64,000 nucleotides of DNA, taken from the NCBI GenBank assembly GCA_964016885.1, contig CAXHJY010000397.1:1-64000 (forward strand), given 5' to 3'. Under the pieces are notes generated by a model. It was not told the origin of the DNA. It was given only the letters and a program-made list of their open reading frames with translations, and did not search any database. Position numbers and translations under genes: made by a program. Positions 37,501 to 50,300 of the stretch are shown here, piece after piece; the stretch's first letter is position 1; each line of letters opens with the position of its first letter. The DNA comes from Eledone cirrhosa (taxonomy: Eukaryota).

Positions 37501-40299
37501 CTTAGGATAGCTTAGCTTAGCTTTGCTTAGGATAGCTTAGCTTAGCTTAGCTTAGGATAGCTTAGCTTAGCTTAGCTTAGGATAGCTTAGCTTAGCTTAG
37601 CTTAGGATAGCTTAGCTTAGCTTAGCTTAGGATAGCTTAGCTTAGCTTAGCTTAGGATAGCTTAGCTTAGCTTAGCTTAGGATCGCTTAGCTTAGCTTAG
37701 CTTAGGATAGCTTAGCTTAGCTTAGGATAGCTTAGCTTAGCTTAGCTTAGGATAGCTTAGCTTAGCTTAGGATAGCTTAGGATAGCTTAGCTTAGGAGAG
37801 CTTAGCTTAGCTTAGCTTAGGATAGCTTAGCTTAGCTTAGCTTAGGATAGCTTAGCTTAACTTAGCTTAGGATAGCTTAGCTTAGCTTAGGATAGCTTAG
37901 CTTAGCTTAGCTTAGGATAGCTTAGCTTAGCTTAGCTTAGGATAGCTTAGCTTAGCTTAGCTTAGGATAGCTTAGGATAGCTTAGCTTAGGATAGCTTAG
38001 GATAGCTTACCTTAGGAGAGCTTAGCTTAGGATAGCTTAGCTTAGGATAGCTTAGGATAGCTTAGCTTAGGATAGCTTAGCTTAGGATAGCTTAGCTTAG
38101 GATAGCTTAGGATAGCTTAGCTTAGCTTAGCTTAGGATAGCTTAGCTTAGCTTAGCTTAGGATAGCTTAGCTTAGCTTAGCTTAGGATAGCTTAGCTTAG
38201 CTTAGCTTAGGATAGCTTAGGATAGCTTAGCTTAGGATAGCTTAGGATAGCTTAGCTTAGGATAGCTTAGGATAGCTTAGCTTAGGATAGCTTAGCTTAG
38301 GATAGCTTAGCTTAGGATAGCTTAGGATAGCTTAGCTTAGGATATCTTAGGATAGCTTAGCTTAGGATAGCTTAGCTTAGGATAGCTTAGGATAGCTTAG
38401 CTTAACTTAGCTTAGGATAGCTTAGCTTAGCTTAGGATAGCTTAGCTTAGCTTAGCTTAGGATAGCTTAGCTTAGCTTAGCTTAGGATAGCTTAGGATAG
38501 CTTAGCTTAGGATAGCTTAGGATAGCTTAGCTTAGGATAGCTTAGGATAGCTTAGCTTAGGATAGCTTAGCTTAGGATAGCTTAGCTTAGGATAGTTTAG
38601 GATAGCTTAGCTTAGCTTAGCTTAGGATAGCTTAGGATAGCTTAGCTTAGGATAGCTTAGGATAGCTTAGCTTAGGATAGATTAGGATAGCTTAGCTTAG
38701 GATAGCTTAGGATAGCTTAGCTTAGGATAGCTTAGCTTAGGATAGCTTAGCTTAGCTTAGGATAGCTTAGCTTGGGATAGCTTAGGATAGCTTAGCTTAG
38801 GATAGCTTAGCTTAGGATAGCTTAGGATAGCTTAGCTTAGCTTAGCTTAGGATAGCTTAGCTTAGCTTAGCTTAGGATAGCTTAGCTTAGCTTAGGATAG
38901 CTTAGCTTAGCTTAGCTTAGGATAGCTTAGCTTAGCTTAGCTTAGGATAGCTTAGCTTAGCTTAGCTTAGGATAGCTTAGCTTAGCTTAGCTTAGGATAG
39001 CTTAGCTTAGCTTAGCTTAGGATAGCTTAGCTTAGCTTAGCTTAGAATAGCTTAGCTTAGGATAGCTTAGCTTAGGATAGCTTAGCTTAGGATAGCTTAG
39101 GATAGCTTAGCTTAGGATAGCTTAGGATAGCTTAGCTTAGGATAGATTAGCTTAGCTTAGCTTAGGATAGCTTAGCTTAGCTTAGGATAGCTTAGCTTAG
39201 CTTAGCTTAGGATAGCTTAGCTTAGGATAGCTTAGGAAAGCTTAGCTTAGCTTAGCTTAGGATAGCTTAGCTTAGCTTAGCTTAGGATAGCTTAGCTTAG
39301 CTTAGGATAGCTTAGCTTAGCTTAGCTTAGGATAGCTTAGCTTAGCTTAGTTTAGGATAGCTTAGCTTAGCTTAGCTTAGGATAGCTTAGCTTAGCTTAG
39401 CTTAGGATAGCTTAGCTTAGCTTAGCTTAGGATAGCTTAGCTTAGGATAGCTTAGCTTAGCTTAGCTTAGGATAGCTTAGCTTAGCTTAGCTTAGGATAG
39501 CTTAGCTTAGGATAGCTTAGCTTAGCTTAGCTTAGGATAGCTTAGCATAGCTTAGCTTAGGATAGCTTAGCTTAGCTTAGCTTAGGATAGCTTAGCTTAG
39601 CTTAGCTTAGGATAGCTTAGCTTAGCTTAGCTTAGGATAGCTTAGCTTAGCTTAGCTTAGGATAGCTTAGCTTAGCTTAGCTTAGGATAGCTTAGCATAG
39701 CTTAGCTTAGGATAGCTTAGCTTAGCTTAGCTTAGGATAGCTTAGCTTAGCTTAGGATAGCTTAGCTTAGCTTCGCTTAGGTTAGCTTAGCTTAGCTTGG
39801 CTTAGGATAGCTTAGCTTAGCTTAGCTTAGCTTAGGATAGCTTAGCTTAGGATAGCTTAGGATAGCTTAGCTTAGCTTAGCTTAGGATAGCTTAGCTTAG
39901 TTTAGGATAGCTTAGCTTAGCTTAGCTTAGGATAGCTTAGGATAGCTTAGCTTGGGACAGCTTAGGATAGCTTAGCTTAGGATAGCTTAGGATACCTTAG
40001 CTTAGGATAGCTTAGGATAGCTTAGGTTAGGATAGCTTAGCTTAGGATAGCTTAGGATAGCTTAGCTTAGGATAGCTTAGGATAGCTTAGCTTAGAATAG
40101 CTTAGGATAGCTTAGCTTAGGATAGCTTAGCTTAGGATAGCTTAGGAAAGCTTAGCTTAGCTTAGCTTAGGATAGCTTAGCTTAGCTTAGCTTAGGATAG
40201 CTTAGCTTAGCTTAGCTTAGGATAGCTTAGGATAGCTTAGCTTAGGATAGCTTAGGATAGCTTAGCTTAGCTTAGGATAGCTTAGCTTAGCTTAGCTTA

Positions 40300-43200
40300 G
40301 GATAGCTTAGCTTAGGATAGCTTAGGATAGCTTAGCTTAGGATAGCTTAGCTTAGGATAGCTTAGGATAGCTTAGCTTAGCTTAGCTTAGGATAGCTTAG
40401 CTTAGCTTAGCTTAGGATAGCTTAGCTTAGCTTAGGATAGCTTAGCTTAGCTTAGCTTAGGATAGCTTAGCTTAGCTTAGCTTAGGATAGCTTAGGATAG
40501 CTTAGCTTAGCTTAGCTTAGGATAGCTTAGCTTAGCTTAGCTTAGGATAGCTTAGCTTAGCTTAGCTTAGGATAGCTTAGCTTAGGATAGCTTAGCTTAG
40601 GATAGCTTAGCTTAGGTTAGCTTAGCTTAGCTTAGCTTAGGATAGCTTAGGATAGCTTAGCTTAGGATAGCTTAGCTTAGCTTAGCTTAGGATAGCTTAG
40701 CTTAGCTTAGCTTAGGATAGCTTAGCTTAGGATAGCTTAGGATTGCTTAGCTTAGCTTAGCTTAGGATAGCTTAGCTTAGCTTAGCTTAGGATAGCTTAG
40801 CTTAGCTTAGGATAGCTTAGCTTAGCTTAGCTTAGGATAGCTTAGCTTAGCTTAGCTTAGGATAGCTTAGCTTAGCTTAGCTTAGGATAGCTTAGGATAG
40901 CTTAGGATAGCTTAGCTTAGCTTAGCTTAGGATAGCTTAGCTTAGCTTAGGATAGCTTAGCTTAGCTTAGCTTAGGATAGCTTAGCTTAGCTTAGGATAG
41001 CTTAGCTTAGCTTAGCTTAGGATAGCTTAGCTTAGCTTAGCTTAGGATAGCTTAGCTTAGCTTAGCTTAGGATAGCTTAGCTTAGCTTAGCTTAGGATAG
41101 CTTAGCTTAGCTTAGGATAGATTAGCTTAGCTTAGGATAGCTTAGCTTAGCTTAGCTTAGGAAAGCTTAGCTTAGCTTAGGATAGCTTAGCTTAGCTTAG
41201 CTTAGGAGAGCTTAGCTTAGCTTAGCTTAGGATAGCTTAGCTTAGCTTAGCTTAGGATAGCTTAGCTTAGCTTAGCTTAGGTAGCTTAGCTTAGCTTAGC
41301 TTAGGATAGCTTAGCTTAGCTTAGCTTAGCTTAGCTTAGGATAGCTTAGCTTAGCTTAGCTTAGGAGAGCTTAGCTTAGCTTAGCTTAGGATAGCTTAGG
41401 ATAGCTTAGCTTAGGATAGCTTAGGATAGCTTACCTTAGGAGAGCTTAGCTTAGGATAGCTTAGCTTAGGATAGCTTAGGATAGCTTAGCTTAGGATAGC
41501 TTAGCTTAGGATAGCTTAGCTTAGGATAGCTTAGGATAGCTTAGCTTAACTTAGCTTAGGATAGCTTAGCTTAGCTTAGCTTAGGATAGCTTAGCTTAGG
41601 TTAGCTTAGCTTAGCTTAGCTTAGCTTAGGATAGCTTAGCTTAGGATAGCTTAGGATAGCTTAGGATAGCTTAGCTTAGGATAGCTTAGCTTAGGATAGC
41701 TTAGGATAGCTTAGCTTAGGATAGCTTAGGATAGCTTAGCTTAGGATAGCTTAGCTTAGGATAGCTTAGGATAGCTTAGCTTAGCTTAGCTTAGGATAGC
41801 TTAGCTTAGCTTAGCTTAGGATAGCTTAGCTTAGCTTAGGATAGCTTAGCTTAGCTTAGCTTAGGATAGCTTAGGATAGCTTAGCTTAGGATAGCTTAGG
41901 ATAGCTTAGCTTAGGATAGCTTAGGATAGCTTAGGATAGCTTAGCTTAGCTTAGCTTAGGATAGCTTAGCTTAGCTTAGCTTAGGATAGCTTAGCTTAGC
42001 TTAGCTTAGGATAGCTTAGCTTAGCTTAGGATAGCTTAGCTTAGCTTAGCTTAGGATAGCTTAGCTTAGCTTAGCTTAGGACAGCTTAGCTTAGCTTAGC
42101 TTAGGATAGCTTAGCTTAGCTTAGGATAGCTTAGCTTAGCTTAGCTTAGGATAGCTTAGCTTAGCTTAGCTTGGGATAGCTTAGCTTAGGATAGCTTAGC
42201 TTAGGATAGCTTAGCTTAGGTTAGCTTAGCTTAGCTTAGCTTAGGATAGCTTAGGATAGCTTAGCTTAGGATAGCTTAGCTTAGCTTAGCTTAGCATAGC
42301 TTAGCTTAGCTTAGCTTAGGATAGCTTAGCTTAGCTTAGCTTAGGATAGCTTAGCTTAGCTTAGCTTAGGATAGCTTAGCTTAGGATAGCTTAGGATAGC
42401 TTAGCTTAGCTTAGGATAGCTTAGCTTAGCTTAGCTTAGGATAGCTTAGCTTAGCTTAGGATAGCTTAGCTTAGCTTAGCTTAGGATAGCTTAGCTTAGC
42501 TTAGCTTAGGATAGCTTAGCTTAGGATAGCTTAGGATTGCTTAGCTTAGCTTAGCTTAGGATAGCTTAGCTTAGCTTAGCTTAGGATAGCTTAGCTTAGC
42601 TTAGGATAGCTTAGCTTAGCTTAGCTTAGGATAGCTTAGCTTAGCTTAGCTTAGGATAGCTTAGCTTAGCTTAGCTTAGGATAGCTTAGGATAGCTTAGG
42701 ATAGCTTAGCTTAGCTTAGCTTAGGATAGCTTAGCTTAGCTTAGGATAGCTTAGCTTAGCTTAGCTTAGGATAGCTTAGCTTAGCTTAGGATAGCTTAGC
42801 TTAGCTTAGCTTAGGATAGCTTAGCTTAGCTTAGCTTAGGATAGCTTAGCTTAGCTTAGCTTAGGATAGCTTAGCTTAGCTTAGCTTAGGATAGCTTAGC
42901 TTAGCTTAGGATAGATTAGCTTAGCTTAGGATAGCTTAGCTTAGCTTAGCTTAGGAAAGCTTAGCTTAGCTTAGGATAGCTTAGCTTAGCTTAGCTTAGG
43001 AGAGCTTAGCTTAGCTTAGCTTAGGATAGCTTAGCTTAGCTTAGCTTAGGATAGCTTAGCTTAGCTTAGCTTAGGTAGCTTAGCTTAGCTTAGCTTAGGA
43101 TAGCTTAGCTTAGCTTAGCTTAGCTTAGCTTAGGATAGCTTAGCTTAGCTTAGCTTAGGAGAGCTTAGCTTAGCTTAGCTTAGGATAGCTTAGGATAGCT

Positions 43201-44300
43201 TAGCTTAGGATAGCTTAGGATAGCTTACCTTAGGAGAGCTTAGCTTAGGATAGCTTAGCTTAGGATAGCTTAGGATAGCTTAGCTTAGGATAGCTTAGCT
43301 TAGGATAGCTTAGCTTAGGATAGCTTAGGATAGCTTAGCTTAGCTTAGCTTAGGATAGCTTAGCTTAGCTTAGCTTAGGATAGCTTAGCTTAGGTTAGCT
43401 TAGCTTAGCTTAGCTTAGCTTAGGATAGCTTAGCTTAGGATAGCTTAGGATAGCTTAGGATAGCTTAGCTTAGGATAGCTTAGCTTAGGATAGCTTAGGA
43501 TAGCTTAGCTTAGGATAGCTTAGGATAGCTTAGCTTAGGATAGCTTAGCTTAGGATAGCTTAGGATAGCTTAGCTTAGCTTAGCTTAGGATAGCTTAGCT
43601 TAGCTTAGCTTAGGATAGCTTAGCTTAGCTTAGGATAGCTTAGCTTAGCTTAGCTTAGGATAGCTTAGGATAGCTTAGCTTAGGATAGCTTAGGATAGCT
43701 TAGCTTAGGATAGCTTAGGATAGCTTAGGATAGCTTAGCTTAGCTTAGCTTAGGATAGCTTAGCTTAGCTTAGCTTAGGATAGCTTAGCTTAGCTTAGCT
43801 TAGGATAGCTTAGCTTAGCTTAGGATAGCTTAGCTTAGCTTAGCTTAGGATAGCTTAGCTTAGCTTAGCTTAGGACAGCTTAGCTTAGCTTAGCTTAGGA
43901 TAGCTTAGCTTAGCTTAGGATAGCTTAGCTTAGCTTAGCTTAGGATAGCTTAGCTTAGCTTAGCTTAGGATAGCTTTGCTTAGGATAGCTTAGCTTAGGA
44001 TAGCTTAGCTTAGGTTAGCTTAGCTTAGCTTAGCTTAGGATAGCTTAGGATAGCTTAGCTTAGGATAGCTTAGCTTAGCTTAGCTTAGCATAGCTTAGCT
44101 TAGCTTAGCTTAGGATAGCTTAGCTTAGCTTAGCTTAGGATAGCTTAGCTTAGCTTAGCTTAGGATAGCTTAGCTTAGGATAGCTTAGGATAGCTTAGCT
44201 TAGCTTAGGATAGCTTAGCTTAGCTTAGGATAGCTTAGCTTAGCTTAGGATAGCTTAGCTTAGCTTAGCTTAGGATAGCTTAGCTTAGCTTAGCTTAGGA
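40300..44300. repeat. 1794-bp tandem doublet, itself repeated at ~59.9-64.0 kb (offset 19603)
   Basis: TGCTT 40744/42538 and 60347/62141, AGGT 41279/43073 and 60882/62676, AGCAT 42293/44087 and 61896/63690. Confidence 0.88.
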
Positions 44301-47300
44301 TAGCTTAGCTTAGCTTAGCTTAGGATAGCTTAGGATAGCTTAGGATAGCTTAGCTTAGCTTAGCTTAGGATAGCTTAGCTTAGCTTAGCTTAGGATAGCT
44401 TAGCTTAGCTTAGCTTAGGATAGCTTAGCTTAGCTTAGGATAGCTTAGCTTAGCTTAGCTTAGGATAGCTTAGCTTAGCTTAGCTTAGGATAGCTTAGCT
44501 TAGCTTAGCTTAGGATAGATTAGCTTAGCTTAGGATAGCTTAGCTTAGCTTAGCTTAGGAAAGCTTAGCTTAGCTTAGGATAGCTTAGCTTTGCTTAGCT
44601 TAGGATAGCTTAGGATAGCTTAGCTTAGGATAGCTTAGGATAGCTTAGCTTAGGATAGCTTAGGATAGCTTAGGTTAGGATAGCTTAGCTTAGGATAGCT
44701 TAGGATAGCTTAGCTTAGGATAGCTTAGGATAGCTTAGCTTAGGATAGCTTAGGATAGCTTAGCTTAGGATAGCTTAGCTTAGGATAGCTTAGGAAAGCT
44801 TAGCTTAGCTTAGCTTAGGATAGCTTAGCTTAGCTTAGCTTAGGATAGCTTAGCTTAGCTTAGCTTAGGATAGCTTAGGATAGCTTAGCTTAGGATAGCT
44901 TAGGATAGCTTAGCTTAGGATAGCTTAGCTTATGATAGCTTAGGATAGCTTAGCTTAGGATAGCTTAGGATAGCTTAGCTTAGGATAGCTTAGCTTAGGA
45001 TAGCTTAGGATAGCTTAGCTTAGCTTAGCTTAGGATAGCTTAGCTTAGCTTAGCTTAGGATAGCTTAGCTTAGCTTAGCTTAGGATAGCTTAGCTTAGCT
45101 TAGGATAGCTTAGGATAGCTTAGCTTAGGATAGCTTAGGATAGCTTAGCTTAGGATAGCTTAGGATAGCTTAGCTTAGGATAGCTTAGGATAGCTTAGCT
45201 TAGGATAGCTTAGCTTAGGATAGCTTAGCTTAGCTTAGCTTAGGATAGCTTAGCTTAGGATAGCTTAGGATAGCTTAGCTTAGGATAGCTTAGCTTAGGA
45301 TAGCTTAGGATAGCTTAGCTTAGCTTAGCTTAGGATAGCTTAGCTTAGCTTAGCTTAGGATAGCTTAGCTTAGCTTAGCTTAGGATAGCTTAGCTTAGCT
45401 TAGCTTAGGATAGCTTAGGATAGCTTAGCTTAGCTTAGCTTAGCTTAGGATAGCTTAGCTTAGCTTAGCTTAGGATAGCTTAGCTTAGCTTAGCTTAGGA
45501 TAGCTTAGCTTAGCTTAGCTTAGGATAGCTTAGCTTAGATTAGCTTAGGATAGCTTAGCTTAGCTTAGCTTAGGATAGCTTAGGTTAGCTTAGGATAGCT
45601 TAGCTTAGGATAGCTTAGCTTAGGATAGCTTAGCTTAGGTTAGCTTAGCTTAGCTTAGGATAGCTTAGGATAGCTTAGCTTAGGATAGCTTAGCTTAGCT
45701 TAGGATAGCTTAGCTTAGCTTAGGATAGCTTAGCTTAGCTTAGCTTAGCTTAGGATAGCTTAGCTTAGGATAGCTTAGGATAGCTTAGCTTAGCTTAGGA
45801 TAGCTTAGCTTAGCTTAGCTTAGGATAGCTTAGCTTAGCTTAGCTTAGGATAGCTTAGGATAGCTTAGCTTAGCTTAGCTTAGGATAGCTTAGCTTAGCT
45901 TAGCTTAGGATAGCTTAGCTTAGCTTAGCTTAGGATAGCTTAGCTTAGCTTAGGATAGCTTAGCTTAGCTTAGCTTAGGATAGCTTAGCTTAGCTTAGCT
46001 TAGGATAGCTTAGCTTAGCTTAGGATAGCTTAGCTTAGCTTAGCTTAGGATAGCTTAGCTTAGCTTAGCTTAGGATAGCTTAGCTTAGCTTAGCTTAGGA
46101 TAGCTTAGCTTAGCTTAGCTTAGGATAGCTTAGCTTAGCTTAGGATAGCTTAGCTTAGCTTAGGATAGCTTAGCTTAGCTTAGCTTAGCTTAGCTTAGGA
46201 TAGCTTAGCTTAGCTTAGCTTAGGATAGCTTAGCTTAGCTTAGCTTAGGATAGCTTAGCTTAGCTTAGCTTAGGATAGCTTAGCTTAGCTTAGGATAGCT
46301 TAGCTTAGCTTAGCTTAGGATAGCTTAGCTTAGCTGAGCTTAGGATAGCTTAGGATAGCTTAGCTTAGGATAGCTTAGGATAGCTTACCTTAGGAGAGCT
46401 TAGCTTAGGAAAGCTTAGCTTAGGATAGCTTAGGATAGCTTAGCTTAGGATAGCTTAGCTTAGGATAGCTTAGCTTAGGATAGCTTAGGATAGCTTAGCT
46501 TAGCTTAGCTTAGGATAGCTTAGCTTAGCTTAGCTTAGGATAGCTTAGCTTAGCTTAGCTTAGGATAGATTAGCTTAGCTTAGGATAGCTTAGCTTAGCT
46601 TAGCTTAGGAAAGCTTAGCTTAGCTTAGGATAGCTTAGTTTAGCTTAGCTTAGGAGAGCTTAGCTTAGCTTAGCTTAGGATAGCTTAGCTTAGCTTAGCT
46701 TAGGATAGCTTAGCTTAGCTTAGCTTAGGTAGCTTAGCTTAGCTTAGCTTAGGATAGCTTAGCTTAGCTTAGCTTAGCTTAGGATAGCTTAGCTTAGCTT
46801 AGCTTAGGAGAGCTTAGCTTAGCTTAGCTTAGGATAGCTTAGGATAGCTTAGCTTAGGATAGCTTAGGATAGCTTACCTTAGGAGAGCTTAGCTTAGGAT
46901 AGCTTAGGATAGCTTAGCTTAGGATAGCTTAGCTTAGGATAGCTTAGCTTAGGATAGCTTAGGATAGCTTAGCTTAGCTTAGCTTAGGATAGCTTAGCTT
47001 AGCTTAGCTTAGGATAGCTTAGCTTAGGTTAGCTTAGCTTAGCTTAGCTTAGGTTAGGATAGCTTAGCTTAGGATAGCTTAGGATAGCTTAGCTTAGGAT
47101 AGCTTAGGATAGCTTAGCTTAGGAGAGCTTAGCTTAGGATAGCTTAGGATAGCTTAGCTTAGGATAGCTTAGGATAGCTTCGCTTAGGATAGCTTAGCTT
47201 AGGATAGCTTAGGATAGCTTAGCTTAGCTTAGGATAGCTTAGCTTAGCTTAGCTTAGGATAGCTTAGCTTAGCTTAGCTTAGGATAGCTTAGCTTAGCTT

Positions 47301-50300
47301 AGCTTAGGATAGCTTAGGATAGCTTAGCTTAGGATAGCTTAGGATAGCTTAGCTTAGGATAGCTTAGGATAGCTTAGGATAGCTTAGCTTAGCTTAGCTT
47401 AGGATAGCTTAGCTTAGCTTAGCTTAGGATAGCTTAGCTTAGCTTAGCTTAGGATAGCTTAGCTTAGCTTAGGATAGCTTAGCTTAGCTTAGCTTAGGAT
47501 AGCTTAGCTTAGCTTAGCTTAGGACAGCTTAGCTTAGCTTAGCTTAGGATAGCTTAGCTTAGCTTAGGATAGCTTAGCTTAGCTTAGCTTAGGATAGCTT
47601 AGCTTAGCTTAGCTTAGGATAGCTTAGCTTAGGATAGCTTAGCTTAGGATAGCTTAGCTTAGGTTAGCTTAGCTTAGCTTAGCTTAGGATAGCTTAGGAT
47701 AGCTTAGCTTAGGATAGCTTAGCTTAGCTTAGCTTAGGATAGCTTAGCTTAGCTTAGCTTAGGATAGCTTAGCTTAGCTTAGCTTAGGATAGCTTAGCTT
47801 AGCTTAGCTTAGGATAGCTTAGCTTAGGATAGCTTAGGATAGCTTAGCTTAGCTTAGCTTAGGGTAGCTTAGCTTAGCTTAGCTTAGGATAGCTTAGCTT
47901 AGCTTAGGATAGCTTAGCTTAGCTTAGCTTAGGATAGCTTAGCTTAGCTTAGCTTAGGATAGCTTAGCTTAGCTTAGCTTAGGATAGCTTAGGATAGCTT
48001 AGGATAGCTTAGCTTAGCTTAGCTTAGGATAGCTTAGCTTAGCTTAGCTTAGGATAGCTTAGCTTAGCTTAGCTTAGGATAGCTTAGCTTAGCTTAGGAT
48101 AGCTTAGCTTAGCTTAGCTTAGGATAGCTTAGCTTAGCTTAGCTTAGGATAGCTTAGCTTAGCTTAGCTTAGGATAGCTTAGCTTAGCTTAGGATAGCTT
48201 AGCTTAGCTTAGCTTAGGATAGCTTAGCTTAGGATAGCTTAGGATAGCTTAGCTTAGGATAGCTTAGCTTAGGATAGCTTAGGATAGCTTAGCTTAGCTT
48301 AGCTTAGGATAGCTTAGCTTAGCTTAGCTTAGGATAGCTTAGCTTAGCTTAGGATAGCTTAGCTTAGCTTAGCTTAGGATAGCTTAGCTTAGCTTAGCTT
48401 AGGATAGCTTAGCTTAGCTTAGCTTAGGATAGCTTAGCTTAGGATAGCTTAGCTTAGGATAGCTTAGCTTAGGTTAGCTTAGCTTAGCTTAGCTTAGGAT
48501 AGCTTAGGATAGCTTAGCTTAGGATAGCTTAGCTTAGCTTAGCTTAGGATAGCTTAGCTTAGCTTAGCTTAGGATAGCTTAGCTTAGGATAGCTTAGGAT
48601 TGCTTAGCTTAGCTTAGGATAGCTTAGCTTAGCTTAGCTTAGGATAGCTTAGCTTAGCTTAGGATAGCTTAGCTTAGCTTAGCTTAGGATAGCTTAGCTT
48701 AGCTTAGCTTAGGATAGCTTAGCTTAGCTTAGCTTAGGATAGCTTAGCTTAGCTTAGCTTAGGATAGCTTAGCTTAGCTTAGGATAGCTTAGCTTAGCTT
48801 AGCTTAGGATAGCTTAGCTTAGCTTAGGATAGCTTAGCTTAGCTTAGCTTAGGATAGCTTAGCTTAGCTTAGCTTAGGATAGCTTAGCTTAGCTTAGCTT
48901 AGGATAGCTTAGCTTAGCTTAGCTTAGGATAGCTTAGCTTAGCTTAGCTTAGGATAGATTAGCTTAGCTTAGGATAGCTTAGCTTAGCTTAGCTTAGGAA
49001 AGCTTAGCTTAGCTTAGGATAGCTTAGCTTAGCTTAGCTTAGGAGAGCTTAGCTTAGCTTAGCTTAGGATAGCTTAGCTTAGCTTAGCTTAGGATAGCTT
49101 AGCTTAGCTTAGGTAGCTTAGCTTAGCTTAGCTTAGGATAGCTTAGCTTAGCTTAGCTTAGCTTAGGATAGCTTAGCTTAGCTTAGCTTAGGAGAGCTTA
49201 GCTTAGCTTAGCTTAGGATAGCTTAGGATAGCTTAGCTTAGGATAGCTTAGGATAGCTTACCTTAGGAGAGCTTAGCTTAGGATAGCTTAGCTTAGGATA
49301 GCTTAGGATAGCTTGGCTTAGGATAGCTTAGCTTAGGATAGCTTAGCTTAGGATAGCTTAGGATAGCTTAGCTTAGCTTAGGATAGCTTAGCTTAGCTTA
49401 GCTTAGGATAGCTTAGCTTAGGTTAGCTTAGCTTAGCTTAGCTTAGCTTAGGATAGCTTAGCTTAGGATAGCTTAGGATAGCTTAGCTTAGGATAGCTTA
49501 GGATAGCTTAGCTTAGGATAGCTTAGCTTAGGATAGCTTAGGATAGCTTAGCTTAGGATAGCTTAGGATAGCTTAGCTTAGGATAGCTTAGCTTAGGATA
49601 GCTTAGGATAGCTTAGCTTAGCTTAGCTTAGGATAGCTTAGATTAGCTTAGCTTAGGATAGCTTAGCTTAGCTTAGCTTAGGATAGCTTAGCTTAGCTTA
49701 GCTTAGCTTAGGATAGCTTAGCTTAGCTTAGGATAGCTTAGCTTAGCTTAGCTTAGGATAGCTTAGCTTAGCTTAGCTTAGGATAGCTTAGCTTAGGATA
49801 GCTTAGCTTAGGATAGCTTAGCTTAGGTTAGCTTAGCTTAGCTTAGCTTAGGATAGCTTTGCTTAGCTTAGCTTAGGATAGCTTAGCTTAGCTTAGCTTA
49901 GGATAGCTTAGCTTAGCTTAGCTTAGGATAGCTTAGCTTAGCTTAGCTTAGGATAGCTTAGCTTAGCTTAGCTTAGGATAGCTTAGCTTAGGATAGCTTA
50001 GGATAGCTTAGCTTAGCTTAGCTTAGGGTAGCTTAGCTTAGCTTAGCTTAGGATAGCTTAGCTTAGCTTAGGATAGCTTAGCTTAGCTTAGCTTAGGATA
50101 GCTTAGCTTAGCTTAGCTTAGGATAGCTTAGCTTAGCTTAGCTTAGGATAGCTTAGGATAGCTTAGGATAGCTTAGCTTAGCTTAGCTTAGGATAGCTTA
50201 GCTTAGCTTAGCTTAGGATAGCTTAGCTTAGCTTAGCTTAGGATAGCTTAGCTTAGCTTAGGATAGCTTAGCTTAGCTTAGCTTAGGATAGCTTAGCTTA